A stretch of 64,000 bases of DNA, taken from Squalus acanthias. Its lineage: Eukaryota. Position 1 is the stretch's first letter; each line of letters starts with the position of its first letter. Positions 13,189 to 26,174 of the stretch are shown here, piece after piece. Where the stretch lies: positions 21,268,001 to 21,332,000 of the forward strand of contig CM059432.1 of the NCBI GenBank assembly GCA_030390025.1. Reading direction: 5' to 3'. Under the pieces are notes generated by a model that was given only the letters and a program-made list of their open reading frames with translations, did not search any database and was not told the origin of the DNA. The position numbers were made by a program, and so were the translations under genes.

Positions 13189-13914
13189 ATTGTTAGTTTA
13201 TTGCCTGTTTTAAGTAGGCTTTGTAAAAAGTTGCAAATGACTTTACCTGACTTACCTTCAACAAAGAGGAGATCCATCTCTCTGGATTGGATTTAAATAC
13301 CGGTGTAAGAAGTGGTAGGGCAATGTGTTGACTTGTTGCACTGCTCCTTCCCCAGTTGGCAGAGAAGGCAATATTGCGGCTTCTCCCTTACTCCCTGTTC
13401 AAAGGTGACTGACAGAAGTTCAATCTGATAGAGGCTAAACTAAAAAAGCTTCTGACTGTCAACATAGAGATAGTCCAAGGCAACAATTTCTATAGCTCTG
13501 AAGTCTACTAAATTAGGTGCGTGGTGTTAAATGGCCTTATCATGGAAGGGAGCTGGGGTTAAAAGTATAATAGAATCTATTTCAAAACGGTAGAATCTAA
13601 TGTTAATGATAGCGAGCAACATCTTTTTCTCTCAACTTGCGTATTGTGCAGTTAAATCCTGAAGATGATAGCTTGAGTTTATTGCCCTGACTGTTTGACA
13701 AGGTTCACTTCAGTTTGTGATAAATGTCACTTGCAGTGGGTGGAGGTCAACGTCGTTTATTAATTGAACAATAAATTATTATGTAGTCGGGGTAGCTGTC
13801 ATGGGACAGCACATTACTAGTGTTCTAAAATGAAAGAGGCTTCAGACCATGTAGGTTCCTCTACCATTCAGCATCCTGTGCCATCTAACAGACCCATACC
13901 AGGATTTAATTTTT

Positions 13915-14304
13915 TTTTGCAAGATGTGGGCAATATGGGTCAGGCCACATTTATTGCCCATCCATAGTAATCCTGAGAAGGTGGTGGTGGGCCTTTTGTT
14001 TGAACCAGCGCAATCCTGGTGTTCCCATAATGATATTAGGCAGGGAATTCCAGGATTTTGACCCAGCGGTGATGAAGGAATAGCGATATATGTCTGTCAT
14101 GAAGGTTTGTAGCTTGGAGGGGACATTGGAGGTGATAATGTTCCCATGACATTGTTGTTCATGACTTTGGCGGTAGAGATTGCAGGGCTGGGAGGTGCTG
14201 TTGAAGTAACCTTGATGCGTTCCATCACACTCTTGATTTGAGCCATATGTAAAGGCTTTGAGGAGTCAGGAGATGAACTACTAGTTGCAGAGTATCCAGC
14301 CTCT
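13915..14304 (-). mobile_element. CR1/L2-group LINE 3' fragment, continuing at about 15356-15570
   Basis: Similar to 52805-53160 and 46180-46530; interrupted by L2 sequence. Confidence 0.7.
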
Positions 14305-15355
14305 ACAACAACAACAACTTGCATTTATATAGTGCCTTTAATGTAGTACCAAGGTGCTACCCAGAGCGTAATCGAACAAAATTTGACACCTAGCCACATA
14401 AGGAGATATTAGGGAAGATGACAGGTGAGGTAGGTCTTAAGGAGCATCTTAAAGGAGGAGAGAGATGTGGATTGTCCAGTATTGGATGAGTAGAAATTTC
14501 CTCTAACAAAATATTGGGAAGACCAAAGCCATTGTCTTCAGTCCCCACCACAAACTCTGTTCCCTGGCTTCTGATTCTATTCCTCTCCCTGGCAACTGTC
14601 TGAAGCTGAACCAGACTGTTCGCAACCTTGGTGTTGTGTTTGACCCTGAGATGAGCTTCCGACCACATATCCACTCCGTCACCAAGGCCGCCTACTTCCA
14701 CCTTCATAACACCACCCAACTCCGCCCCTGCATCAGCTCATCTGCTGCTGAAACCCTCATCCATGCCTTTGTTACCTCCAGACTTGACTATTCCAATGCT
14801 CTCCTGGTTGGCCTCCCATCTTCCACCTTACCTAAGCTAGTGCTCGTCCAAAGCCCTGCTGCCCGTATCTTAACTCGCACCAAGTTCCGCTCACTCATCA
14901 CCTTGTGCTTACTGATCTACATTGACTCCCAGTCCAGCCTTAATTATAAACTTCTCATCCTTGTTTTCAAACCCCGCCATGGCCTCGCCCCTCCCTATCT
15001 CTGTAACCTCGTCCAGCCCTACAAGACTTAAGGGCTCTGCACTACTCCAATTCTGGCATCTTCTGCATCCCTGATTTTAATCGCTGCGCTATTGGCGGCC
15101 GTGCTTTCAGCTGCCGAGGCCCTAAGCTCTTAAATTCCCTCACTAAACCTCTCCATCTCTCTACTTCGCTCTCCTCCTTTAAGTTGCTCCTTAAAACCTA
15201 TCTCTGTGACCAAGCTTTTGGTCATCTGTCCTGATCTCCTTCTGTGGCTCGCTGTCAAATTTCTGATTGATACCGCTCTTGTGAAGTGCCTTGGGATGTT
15301 TTGCTATATTAAAGGTGCTATATAAATGCAAGTTGTTGTCATTGTTGTTGTTGTT
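14305..15355 (+). mobile_element. L2 LINE 3' part (14470-15355) preceded by an inverted L2 tail (14305-14465)
   Basis: ORF 14636-15031 has AETLIHAFVTSRLDYSNALL, an L2 ORF2 signature; (TTG)n tail at about 15330-15355 and (CAA)n at 14305-14320. Confidence 0.88.
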
Positions 15356-15619
15356 ATGGTTCTGGTCAGTGGTGACACCCAGGATGTTGTTGGTGGGGGA
15401 CTTGGCAATGGTAGCGCTGGTGAAGGATTGGAGGAAGTTTCTGGGCCTTTTCTTATTGCAGATGGTAATTGCTTGACATTTATGTGGCAGGAATGATATC
15501 TTCCATTTGTCAGCCCAATTCTAGATGCTATGCTGGTTCTGCATTGGCTGGCATGAGCTGCTTCATTATTTGTTGTGAAATATTTCATGTCTGGAGTGTA
15601 AAATGTGCATCAAACTGAC

Positions 15620-17075
15620 AAAGACAAATTTTGAATTGACTATGGCAAGAGAAGTGAAGGACAACAATAAAAAGTTTTTTTCAGTGATATGAAGAGAAAA
15701 AGATAAACGAGGGGCGAAGTGGGGCAACTGAATGTGCGATCAGGTGAGGACATGACAACTGATGCTGCACAGGCTACAATCACATTCTTGTTTCAGTTTT
15801 TACCAGTGACGAGACCAAACTTATTTGATTGGGATAGGATGTTGCAGAGGCAAGCTGTGACACTCTTCACATTACTACCAGCATGGTTACCGAACAGCTG
15901 TGCAAACTCAAGGTAAGTAAATCTCAGGGGCCGGATACGATGCATTCGAGGATCCTTAAGGAAATTGCAGAAGCTCTGGCACAAATCTTCCAGAAATGAC
16001 TGAATACTGGAGAGGTGCCCGGGGATTGGAGAAAGGCAGATGTTGCTCCTATTTTGAAAAAAAAATAGCAAAAGTGACCCAGGAAACTACAGACCAGTGA
16101 GTTTGATGTCCATTGTGATTAAAGCTATAGAAACCATTATTAAAGATAAGATCATGGAGCATCTGAATAGCAATAAAATCATAAAAGATAGCCAATATGG
16201 GTTCATGAAAGAGAGCCCTTGCCAATCTAACTTACTGGTTTTCTTTGAGAGTGTGACAAAGGAGCTTGATGGGGTAAGGCAGTGGATGTGGTGTAATTTG
16301 GCTTCAGTAAGACCTTTGATATAGATCCTCTGGAAAGACTGGTACTCAAAATGAAGAAAACCAGAATCTGGAAATAATTTACAACGGATAAGTAATTGGT
16401 TGACCAATAGAACCGGGAGGGTGGTGGTACAGGGAATGTCATCAGCCTGGGAGAATGTTACCAGTGGGGTTCCACAGGGGTTTGGTTCAGGACCTCTTTT
16501 ATTTAGTATCTTTATAAATGATTTGGAGGTAGGAGTCACAAGCAAAGTGATAAGATTTGTAGATGTTACAAAGCTAATGAAGGTCATAGACTCCAAAGTT
16601 GAACAGGATACACTACAGGAGGATTTGAATCTACTTGGGAATTGGGCAGACAGGTAGCAGATGAAATTTAATGGAGAGAAATGCAAAGTGCTTCACATGG
16701 GGACAAAAAATCCAGGAAGGGATTATTACTTAAATGGAAAGAAAATAATGTGCATGGAAAATTAAAGGGGTCCAATTGACAATAAATTGAAACTGTTGCA
16801 ACAATGCTCGGCAGCAGTGAGTAAAGCAAATCAGATTTTGGGATGTTTTAGAAGGTCAATATTGAGCTGAAAAAGTGAGGTAATCCTGCCACTTTATAAA
16901 TGATTGGTACAACTGCACTTGGAATACTGTGTACAGTTCTGGTCGCCACAGTACAAAAAGGATATTACAGCTATTGAAAGGATACAAAAGAGAGAAACCA
17001 GAATGATTGAGTAGATGGAGGGATTGAATTATGAGGAGCAATTATAGAAATTGGGATGTTCTCACTGGAAATAAG
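15620..17075 (+). mobile_element. Old CR1 ORF2 fragment
   Basis: [21 protein letters not shown] and FVDVTKL remnants with many stops. Confidence 0.85.
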
Positions 17076-17084
17076 AAGGTTGCG

Positions 17085-19712
17085 AGGTCATATTTCACCA
17101 GGTTTCCCGCCCGACAGCCAGCCTGATTGACAGACTGCTTGCCTGATAGGTGAAAAAGCTTGTGACACAAGGCTGCTGATGGGGAGCAGAGAGAAGGTCG
17201 GGCAGGAGGGAGAGATTGCGGGGAGGGGGGATCGTGGTCCGGGGGGTGGGGGCAGATGGTGGTGGGGGAGAGAGTTTGCAGCGGGGCAAGATCATGTTTG
17301 GGGGGCCTCGTGATCGGGTGGGGAGAGATCATGGTAGGGTGGGCAAATAGTGATCAGGGGGAAAATTGTGGTCGGGTGGAGCAGATCGCGGGGAGGGTGG
17401 AGAATGTAGTTGGGGAGGAGATAGCTTGGCCGGGGTGGGGGGGGGGGGAATGATCGTGGTTGGGGTGGAGAGATCGCGGGGCAAAAGATAGTGGTTGGGG
17501 TGAAAGATTGTGCTCGGGGTGAAGGGATAATTACAAGTCCTAGCCCTTTTTGGGCTATGCCAGATCAGGCGTATTCCCCAGACGTTCACCTTCAACTAAA
17601 GTTAGCGGTAGCCGAATCCTAGAGACGCTTAATTGGGTCTGAAGGTTCAGACTATCTCTCCCTAAAGGAAAGGAATGGCCTGAAGATGTTACCGTCCTCC
17701 GGATAGCACTTTTAACAAGTTTAACTAGACTGTAACCTTCTGGATATTATGAGGGTCCGGAAAACCCCCCAGAATTCTGCAACTCCTCACTGAAGAGTGT
17801 ACAGAAATTGAGTTCACGAGATTGATACAGAAATACTCTTTGAGACAATTTAAAAAATATATAGATTTATTAAAGAACCGACATCCAGTTAACAGCTGGT
17901 ATGGCAATCACAACTTTAACCGTTCAAAATACAAATAGCTTACATTTCTTATCAGAGATCCTTATTCTCAAATCTTAACTTAGTTACATTTCCACACTTC
18001 TACTTACTTCTTAATCTAGAATATCCACCAAAATCAAATACCTTGATTACCCGAGACTCAGAGTTAAAAACTTACAGAGCGTGCCTGTGCAGTTGAGAAA
18101 CGCTTGCCCTTCCAGCGACTTCTGACTCACTATCTGAAAAGCTCTATTTTTATACCTTTTTTTAGTGGTATTTTCTTTGAAGTTTTCTTTTGATGTAAGC
18201 TAATTGTCTCTAGTGATACTCTATTGAATTCTTTTCTATTCTTACTGTCATTTCAGCTGCCAACTTTTAGAATTCTGTCTCTACCTTTAGGTGTTTCAAA
18301 AACTATCATAAAATGGTTATTACAGATTTATCTTTTGATGCTATTCTTAGGAAGTCTTTCTATTGAATTCTTAATATCACTTAACTGCTTGTAAGCCAGA
18401 CGTCGTGACTCCATGGTGTTCCAAGTTTAACACATAAGCAATGTGATTGCTTGGTGTCATCTATTGATATTATATTTTCAAAGTCTCTCTGTAGGTATCT
18501 TTTACAATATGTAAATCAAAACCACTTCTCTTAGGGTGTTTACTTGTTTTCTTGCTATCTCAATTGGTTGCATATTTAATCGTGTTTCCTGTCTTATTTG
18601 ATGTTACTTTATGAAGGCATATGGTTGTTTAATGTTCTAAGTTTCTGTTTCCCTGAATGTTAGCTTACAACACTTTACTTGGGTCATTCCATTGTGTTTC
18701 TCCCAAACTCCAGACCTTCTGGAAGCACCAATGGTTTGCTTCAATAGGGGCATTGTTTTTGTGTTTACAACCATCTCCCATTTCAAAGCTTGTGGTGTTT
18801 TACAGCTTTTGTTAACACTTCACCTTACCTCAGAAGCCTGTATTGTGTTTGCAGCCTGTGTCGCCGAGGCTTTCCAGACTTTTAAACTCATGTCTTGTAT
18901 TGATAATATCAAAATCTGTTCATAGGATGATGTATTTCTTGGAATATGGCTTATTCTATTACAGGGTTGGGGGAGATCGTGGTCAGGGGAGAGATCATGG
19001 TCAGGGGGAAAGATCATGGTTGGGGGAGAGATCATTGTTGGGGGTCTCATGGTCTGGCAGGAGAGATTGTGGTAGGGGGAAAGATCGCGGGGAGGGCAGA
19101 GAGCATGGTCAGGAGAGGAGAGATCATGGGGGGAAAGATTGTGGTTGGGGGAGGAGAAATCGCAGGGGAGAAATTGTGGTTGGGGGCGGGAGATTGTGGG
19201 GGAGAGCTTGTGGTCGGGAGGGCTCGTGGTCGGGCCGGAGAGATCGTAGTCAGGGGGCAGATGGTGGTCAGGGGAGAGAGATCATGCGGGGTAGATCGCG
19301 GGGTCAGAGATCATGAGGTGGGGAGTCAGCCAATTGATGGGAGAGAAGCAGGTAAGATTGTTGGGCCTGGGGGAAACACTTCTGTTCCTCCTGGCCCACA
19401 AGCAGTGCTGCAAATACACTGTGTTATGGATCTGACCCTTCTCACCTCCTTTTGCCTGCCAGGTTTCCCGAGGCCCGGGAAACCCGGCCAAAATGGGTTA
19501 AAAATAAAAGGTCTGTAAAAATGGAGGCATGCAGCCTCCTTAAAAGCTTTCACCAACTGACCTGCCTCCTTAGAGTGGATTGGTCGCCCGCCCCCCATAT
19601 TGCCTTTGTTAAAAGCGGAAGTGGGAGGGTTGAGGTCGGATTTGAAATTTTTCAAATTATAACTTCTCACCTGACCCAAACTCACCTGTTCTTGGGGGTT
19701 AAAATTACCCCC
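17085..19712. mobile_element. Non-autonomous TIR element with G-rich GGGAGATC(G/A)TGG low-complexity core, split by a solo LTR
   Basis: G-rich array at 17200-17520 resumes at 18964-19320; ends GTTAAAATTACCCC at about 19699-19712. Related pieces at about 10560-10990, 19915-20600, 21040-21650, 25588-25760, 28390-28630, 50885-51320 and 62665-63000. Confidence 0.55.
17520..18963 (-). mobile_element. Probable solo LTR (about 1.44 kb, ERV-like)
   Basis: AT-rich insert in the G-rich array. On the minus strand it starts TGTAATAG and ends ...CCCTTCA, with TATAAAAA at about 18146-18153 followed by AATAAA at about 17866-17871. Flanks are GGGG/GGGT. Confidence 0.65.
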
Positions 19713-22449
19713 ATTATTTGAGTGAGTGAATGGTAAATCTACGGAATACGTTCCACATGGGGATGGAGGAAGCAGTTAGCATTGATTCATTCAAAAGCAT
19801 ATTAGATTTATTTCGGAAAATAATGTTTTGGGAAAAATTATAATAGTAATTTGAGACATGACATGTGGTAAGCGTAGCATGATTAGGAAGAATAGGTAAC
19901 TATGGACCTGTGGAGATCATTTTAGCCTCCAGAAACAGGTGGGTTGGGGTCGGGTGAGATGTTCACATTTTTTAAATCTCAAAGCTGACCCAAACCCACT
20001 TCAACCCGCCCACTTCCAGGTTTAACGGAGGCAGGACAAGGGGCAGGTCGGCCATTTAAATATTATAATGAGGCTGGGAGCCACACATTTAACCTGCTTT
20101 ACAGGTTTAACCCTTGCTCACCCAGTTTCCCAGGCCTCGGGAAACCCGGCAGCTCAAGGGAGGAAAAGGTAAGTGCTCTTACAGCATTGCTTGTGGGTCA
20201 GGAGGAGCAGGAGTGCTTCCCCTGTCCTCCCCAAGCTTACCTTCTTCCCTGGGATTGAACACCCCCCCCCATCCAAAGACCTCCTCACCCCCGAAAGGGG
20301 ATCAGACCCCCTGAGACAGGACCCCACCCCCCGAGATCGGTCTCCCAGGGGTTGGGGATCGAACAGCATCCCCCCCCCATCTGAGTTCTGGGATCGCACC
20401 CTCACCCTATGCTCCCAATAGCAGCTGCAGGCTCCCTACCTGTGGCTGCATGCTCTGGAGTGCTCCCCGCTGGACTGGGAGCCAAGCCTGTCAAATAGGT
20501 TGGCTTCCAGGCGGGGATCCTGTTTTTAAAAAAGTTGCACGCTGTGGTGTTAAAACTGCAGAGCATGCAGGGAAACCCGGACTTCCGAGTTTCCCAACCG
20601 AAACCCCTCCATCTATGCAACCTGCTCCGTTACTATCGGGCCATGGTTCCCATGGGAGTTTTCCTGCTCTGTTGTAGACTAATTGATAGAGAAAGATTGC
20701 CACAATTAGTCAAGAACTCCATTATCATTGTATCACACAACTACCAGGGTGGTAGAAGGCAAGATAGATGGACCTTGGTCTTTTTATGTCTAGCAGTTCC
20801 TATGTTCCTATGATTCATTCCTTTATGTACACCTCATTTTTGCACCTGCATTAAGGGCAATAAGGACAACATCATGAATGTAACATCATGAATGCACATA
20901 ATAATGCCAAAAGTAGCCATTTCGCAACATCATGTTCAAGGTGAAATGAAATGACGCTTAAAAAATGATCATTATGGATGTTTTTTAATAAGGTAAAGCA
21001 ATTTTTGTTTAATATAGGAACAATGGAGTTGATTTTTATTGGGTGGGTGTTCAGGGCAGGTGAGGGTGTATGGCGGGGGGGAAAACCCCAACGGGAGTTC
21101 AGCATGAGGCCCAGACCATTTTATCTCCTGGGCCTCATTTAAATAATGCAGGACAGTGTCTCACCTGAAGCCAGTAGGAGTGACGTCAAGGTCAGCAGGC
21201 GGGATCAACAATCTGGTCGGGTGTCCGGGGACACCACTGACCCAAGGGAACAGTCCCCAGCATAAAGTTAGTGCTGGGCAGGGGGTTTGGTAGCTGATGC
21301 TGGCGCTGGGAGGGACAGGCAAGGTTGGGGAGGCCCAAGGGCTCCTTGTGGGGCCTAGGGAAGCACTCCAGTTCCTCCTGGCCCGTAACGATTCCACAGG
21401 AAGTAATGTTTTAACCTTATCTTGGCCTCTTCTGGCCACTCCACGACTCCCGTTGTGGTTTAGTTGCTGAGGTTGATTCTGTGCAGGCCTCCTGAACCCA
21501 GAACTTAAAGTGCCATTGCGGCGCTGATAACGCCTGAATTAAGGTAAGTAAAGATGGTAGAGGAGACATGAACATGGCCCGACAACCCCCTCCCACCCCA
21601 CATCTTAACCCCCTGCCCGCTCCATTCCGTGGGGGTGGTCAAAATCAATCCCAATATTCCTATAGATTTATTAGCAGTGTAGTGATTTTACTGGTAGAGA
21701 ACCACTTGTTCAGAAGGACCAGTTATGTGGTCGCCTGGTTGCTACATCACCAAGCGTGTTACAGCCTCAAAAAGAAGCTGCTGGTTCGAACTCATTCATT
21801 GTTCTGCTTTCCCAGAAAGTGAGATTGGTGATCGCAGTCAAATCTAATGAGGTGTTAAAACTGGGGGTAAGGATGCACTTAAATTAAGTGGGCTTTGGTG
21901 ACTTAATTTCTTTATTTGTTCTTGGGATGTGAACATCTTTGCCAAGGCTGCATTTATTACCATTCCTAGTTGCCTTGAGAATGTAGTGGCGGGTCTGCTG
22001 GTGATTGTTTAACAATTGCTTAGCTTACTAGGCCACTGAGGCCATCATGAGTCAACCCCTTGGTGTGGGACTGGAGTTATGTGTAGGCCAGATTAGGTAG
22101 GATGGTAGATTCCCTTCCCTGAAAGACATTAGTGAAATAGTCAGGTTTTTATGATAGCCTGGTAGCTTTCATGGTTATTCTCTTCTGATGTTAGCCCACA
22201 AATTATCAGGTTTATTGAATTCAGTTTCACAATTTGCAATGATGGGATTTGAACTCATGTGTGGCATCCATGAAGATTGTCTCATGCTTGATTCAGATGG
22301 GTTACCTTGAAGGAATGGAGCTTCAGAGGAAAACAGAGACAAGTCAAAATAAACACCTGAGATTCCAAGGTTGTAGCACTGGTGTCCTGCCTTAACTTGG
22401 TGGGGAGCAGGCAGAAATTCAAGAGAAATGGCTGAAAACATCTGTTTAT

Positions 22450-24150
22450 CACATATTTCTCCAGTTTCTCTCCAATCTCCCCTCATGACCTCTCCACGCT
22501 CATCTTGTCCATGAGACCCACTTCCTTCATCCCCGACCCTATTCCCACCAAACTGTTGACCACCCAACTTCCTTTTCTGGCTCCCATGTTAGCTGACGTT
22601 GTTAACTGTTCTCTCTCCTCAGGTACTGTCCCCCTTCCCTCAAACCTGCCACCCTTGACTACTCCATCCTTGCAAACTACCGCCCCATCTCCAACCTCCC
22701 TTTCCTCTCCAAAGTGTTTGAAAATGTTGTCGCCTCCCAAATCCGTGCCTATCTTTCCCGCAACTCCATGTTTGAATCCCTCCAATCAGGTTTCCACCCC
22801 TGCCACAGTACCGAAACGGCTCTCATCAAAGTCATAAATGACATCCTTTGTGACTGTGACAAAGGTGAACTATCCCTCCTCGTCCTTCTTGACTTGTCTA
22901 CAGCCTTTGACATGGTTGACCACTCCATTCTTCTCCAAAGCCTCTCCACCATCGTCCAGCTGGGTGGGACTGCACTCGCCTGGTTCCATTCTTATCCATC
23001 TAATCGTAGCCAGAGAATCACCTGCAATGGCTTCTATTGCCACTGCCGCATCGTTACCTCTAGTGTGTCCCAAGGATCTATCCTTGGTCACCTCCTATTT
23101 CTCATCTACATGTTGCCCCTTGGCGACATCATCCGAAAACATAGCGTCAGTTTCCACATGTACGCTGACGACACCCAGCTCTACCTCACCACACTTCTCT
23201 CGACCCCTCCACAGTCTCTAAACTGTCAGACTGCTTGTCTGACATCTGGTTCTGGATGAGCAGAAATTTTCTCCAATTAAATATTGGGAAGACCAAAGCC
23301 ATTGTTTTCGGTCCCTGCCACAAACTCCGTTCCCGAGCCACTGACTCCATCCCTCTCTCTAACATCTGTCTGAGGCTGAACCACACTGTTCGCAAATATG
23401 GTGTCATATTTGACCCTGAAATGAGCTTCCGACCACATATCCGCGGCATAACTAAGACCACCTATTTCCACCTCCGTAACATCGCCCGTCTCCGCCCTTG
23501 CCTCAGTTCATCCACTGCTGAAACCCTCATCCATGCCTTTGTTACCTCTAGACTTGACTATTCCAACGCACTCCTGGCTGGCCTCCCACGTTCTACCCTA
23601 CGTAAACTTGAGGTCATCCAAAACTCAGCTGCCCCGTGTCCTAACTTGCACCAAGTCCCGTTCACCCATTACCCCTGTGCTCGCTGACCTATATTGGCTC
23701 CCGGTTAAGCAACGCCTTGATTTCAAAATTCACATCCTTGTTTTCAAATCCCTCCATGGCCTCGCCCCTCCCTATCTCTGTAATCTCCTTCAGCTCCACA
23801 ACCCCCGAGATATCTGCGCTCCTCTAATTCTGACCTCTTGAGCATCCCTGATTATAATCGCTCAACCATTGGTGGCCGTGCCTTCTGTTGCCTAGACCCT
23901 AAGCTCTGGAATTCCCTACCTAAACCTCTCCCCCTCTCTACTTCTCTTTCCTCCTTTAAGACGCTCCTTAAAACCTACCTCTTTGGCTAAGATCTGCCCT
24001 AATTTCTCCTTATGTGGCTCGGTGTCAAATTTTTTGTCTTATAATAACCCTGTGAAGCGTCTTGGGACGTTTTACTACGTTAAAGGCATTATATTAGTAT
24101 TATTAACTATTATTAACTAAGCACTAAAGGCACAAGTTGTTGTTGTTGTT
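22450..24150 (+). mobile_element. L2 LINE, 5'-truncated, frameshifted RT
   Basis: QSGFHPCHSTETAL, LLDLSTAFDMVDH, QGSILG, HMYADDTQLY, LIHAFVTSRLDYSN; (TTG)n tail. Confidence 0.95.
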
Positions 24151-24934
24151 TATGCTATTTCATTTCACCAGAATTATGTGTGAGACCGATGTTAGACCTG
24201 ATGTTAGAATTTCAGGGCCTCGATCTCTTCACTGGGTTTTGCTGAACTCTGTTTATTGTCAATCATCAATAAAAAAATTCTCTGCCAGCTGGTGTCACTG
24301 TAAAGCCATTGTCACTCTTCCATTAAGGTCTTCCCACACACAATCCCTCATCTCAGATCTGGACTTCCATATGATCCTTTCCAAGTTCGGAGCCATTCAA
24401 TCCCAATCAGCTATAATGCACACCTATCCTGGCCATCATTGTATTCTTCCTGTAACATGTTCCATCACTGCATGCAGGCCACTCCTCCACATTATTTCAG
24501 TGTAGTCACTCTATCCTCTCAGTTACTGTTCAACATCTTAAATGCAGGTTTTCAGCCTGCTCACATAGCAAGGAAGACTACAGCCATAGAAAATGATCGC
24601 GATAAATCACTGTCATGAAGCTGAATGCGTGACTGTCAAAAACATTAGTCACTTTCTGCTACAGTGCCCTATTACTGTTCAACAGTCATCAAGCCAGTGG
24701 ATACTACCAAAGCAAATGCTAATCTTAATGGAAGTTGTGTCACATTAGGGAAACCTATTAAGAGTTCTCACCCGTCCTTTGGCTGACCTTTTTCTTAACC
24801 CCAGGATGCACATGAACGACTCTCCATAATTTTTTCATCCGGGACTTAACTTCAACTTCAGTTTGTCAGCAGAGTGATAGTGAGCATAATGTTTTTTTCT
24901 TTTAAGTTTTAGAAGTGTTTTATTTCATGGTAAA

Positions 24935-25232
24935 ATGAGGTGCTGTTCCTCAAGCTTCCGTTGAACATTTCTTCTCGAAGAACAGCACCTCATCTTTCGA
25001 TTAGGCACTTTACAGCCTTCCGAACACAACAGTTTCAGATCGGAACCACTGCTCCTAATTTTTCGGACAGCAGGTGCTGTTCATTTGATCACTCCTGCCT
25101 TCCACCCTATCACAGTCCTTCCCTTTAGTTCTTTCCTCCCCTCCCCGCTTTCCCTGCACCTGTACTTGCTTAAAACCTGTTATATCTGTAACATTTTCCA
25201 GTTCTGACGAAAGGTCACTGACCTGAAACACA
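24935..25232 (+). mobile_element. Penelope-like element 3' fragment with short inverted 5' piece and truncated hammerhead
   Basis: EEQHLIFRLGTLQPS, the GIY-YIG ORF C-terminus, at about 24977-25021; 24935-24963 is an inverted copy of the same segment; CTGACGA-stem-GAAAC at 25204-25229 lacks the cleavage strand. Confidence 0.8.
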
Positions 25233-25305
25233 AATCTTTGAGGTTGGCAGGACAAGTTGATAAGGCTGTTAAAAAAGGCATGTGGGATCCTTGGCTTTCT
25301 AAATA

Positions 25306-25569
25306 GAGAGGTCGCACAACACCAGGTTATAGTCCAACAGTTTTATTTGAAATCACAAGCTTTCGGAGTTACTACTCCTTCGTCGGGTGAAGTAAAGAGA
25401 TACAGAATCGCCAAAGGCTTTGGCGATTCTGTATCTCTTTACTTCACCCGACGAAGGAGTAGTAACTCCGAAAGCTTGTGATTTCAAATAAAACTGTTGG
25501 ACTATAACCTGGTGTTGTGCGACCTCTCAATTTTGTCCACCCCAGTCCAACACCGGCATCTCCGCATCA
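25306..25569. mobile_element. Fold-back Penelope-like element terminal fragment with two hammerhead motifs
   Basis: 223-bp palindrome 25306-25528 (single unpaired centre base at 25417) plus the shared tail; 13-bp TSD TTTCTAAATAGAG (25296-25308, 25570-25582). Confidence 0.92.
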
Positions 25570-26174
25570 TTTCTAAATAGAGTCAGAGGCCCCGATATTT
25601 ACTCGGGGCTGTGAAGAGAGCCGAGGGTGGGGGAGGTTGGTGGCGGGGGAAGGATTTCAGACCTCCTGCAGAAATTAACAGCAGGACACCTTTTACATTT
25701 TTTCAGCAAGTCTCCGGCCCCGGAAGCCAGCCTGTCGGGCGGGAAAGCAGCCGAGGAAATACATATACTTAGGCAACTGAGAATGTTTACACTGGAGGAA
25801 AGTAGGTTTAGGAGAGACTTTATGAAAGTTTTAAAGATGGTTGATAAACTGAATCCAAATAAATTGTTCGACATAACAACAAGCTCTGAAATTCGGAAGG
25901 ACAAGACTTGAGCTCAATAAAGGAAAATGAACAGTCAGTTTAGATTTAACTACTTCGCACAGAGAGTGGTGAATGTGTGGAACACTTAACATGGGGTAAC
26001 AGTGAAGATGGATAATGTTGACAAATTCAGAAGGGAATTGGATCGGCACATTGCCAAATTTTAAGAGGACCAACTTTATGTGCTTGTGAATTCCTGTTGC
26101 AGTGGGCCTGGAAGGTTTGAATATGGCTAGGAGAGTGGAGGAACTATAGAGTTCCTTCAAGGAGGTGGTTCTGA

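Noticed and set aside
16087..16686. Long antisense ORFs over CR1 RT (also 4438-4839, 36289-36624, 37657-37992)
   Set aside because: Antisense shadows of LINE ORF2 coding sequence.
18843..19518. Gly/Arg-rich 157-aa and 190-aa ORFs
   Set aside because: Translations of a G-rich low-complexity array; no domain signature.
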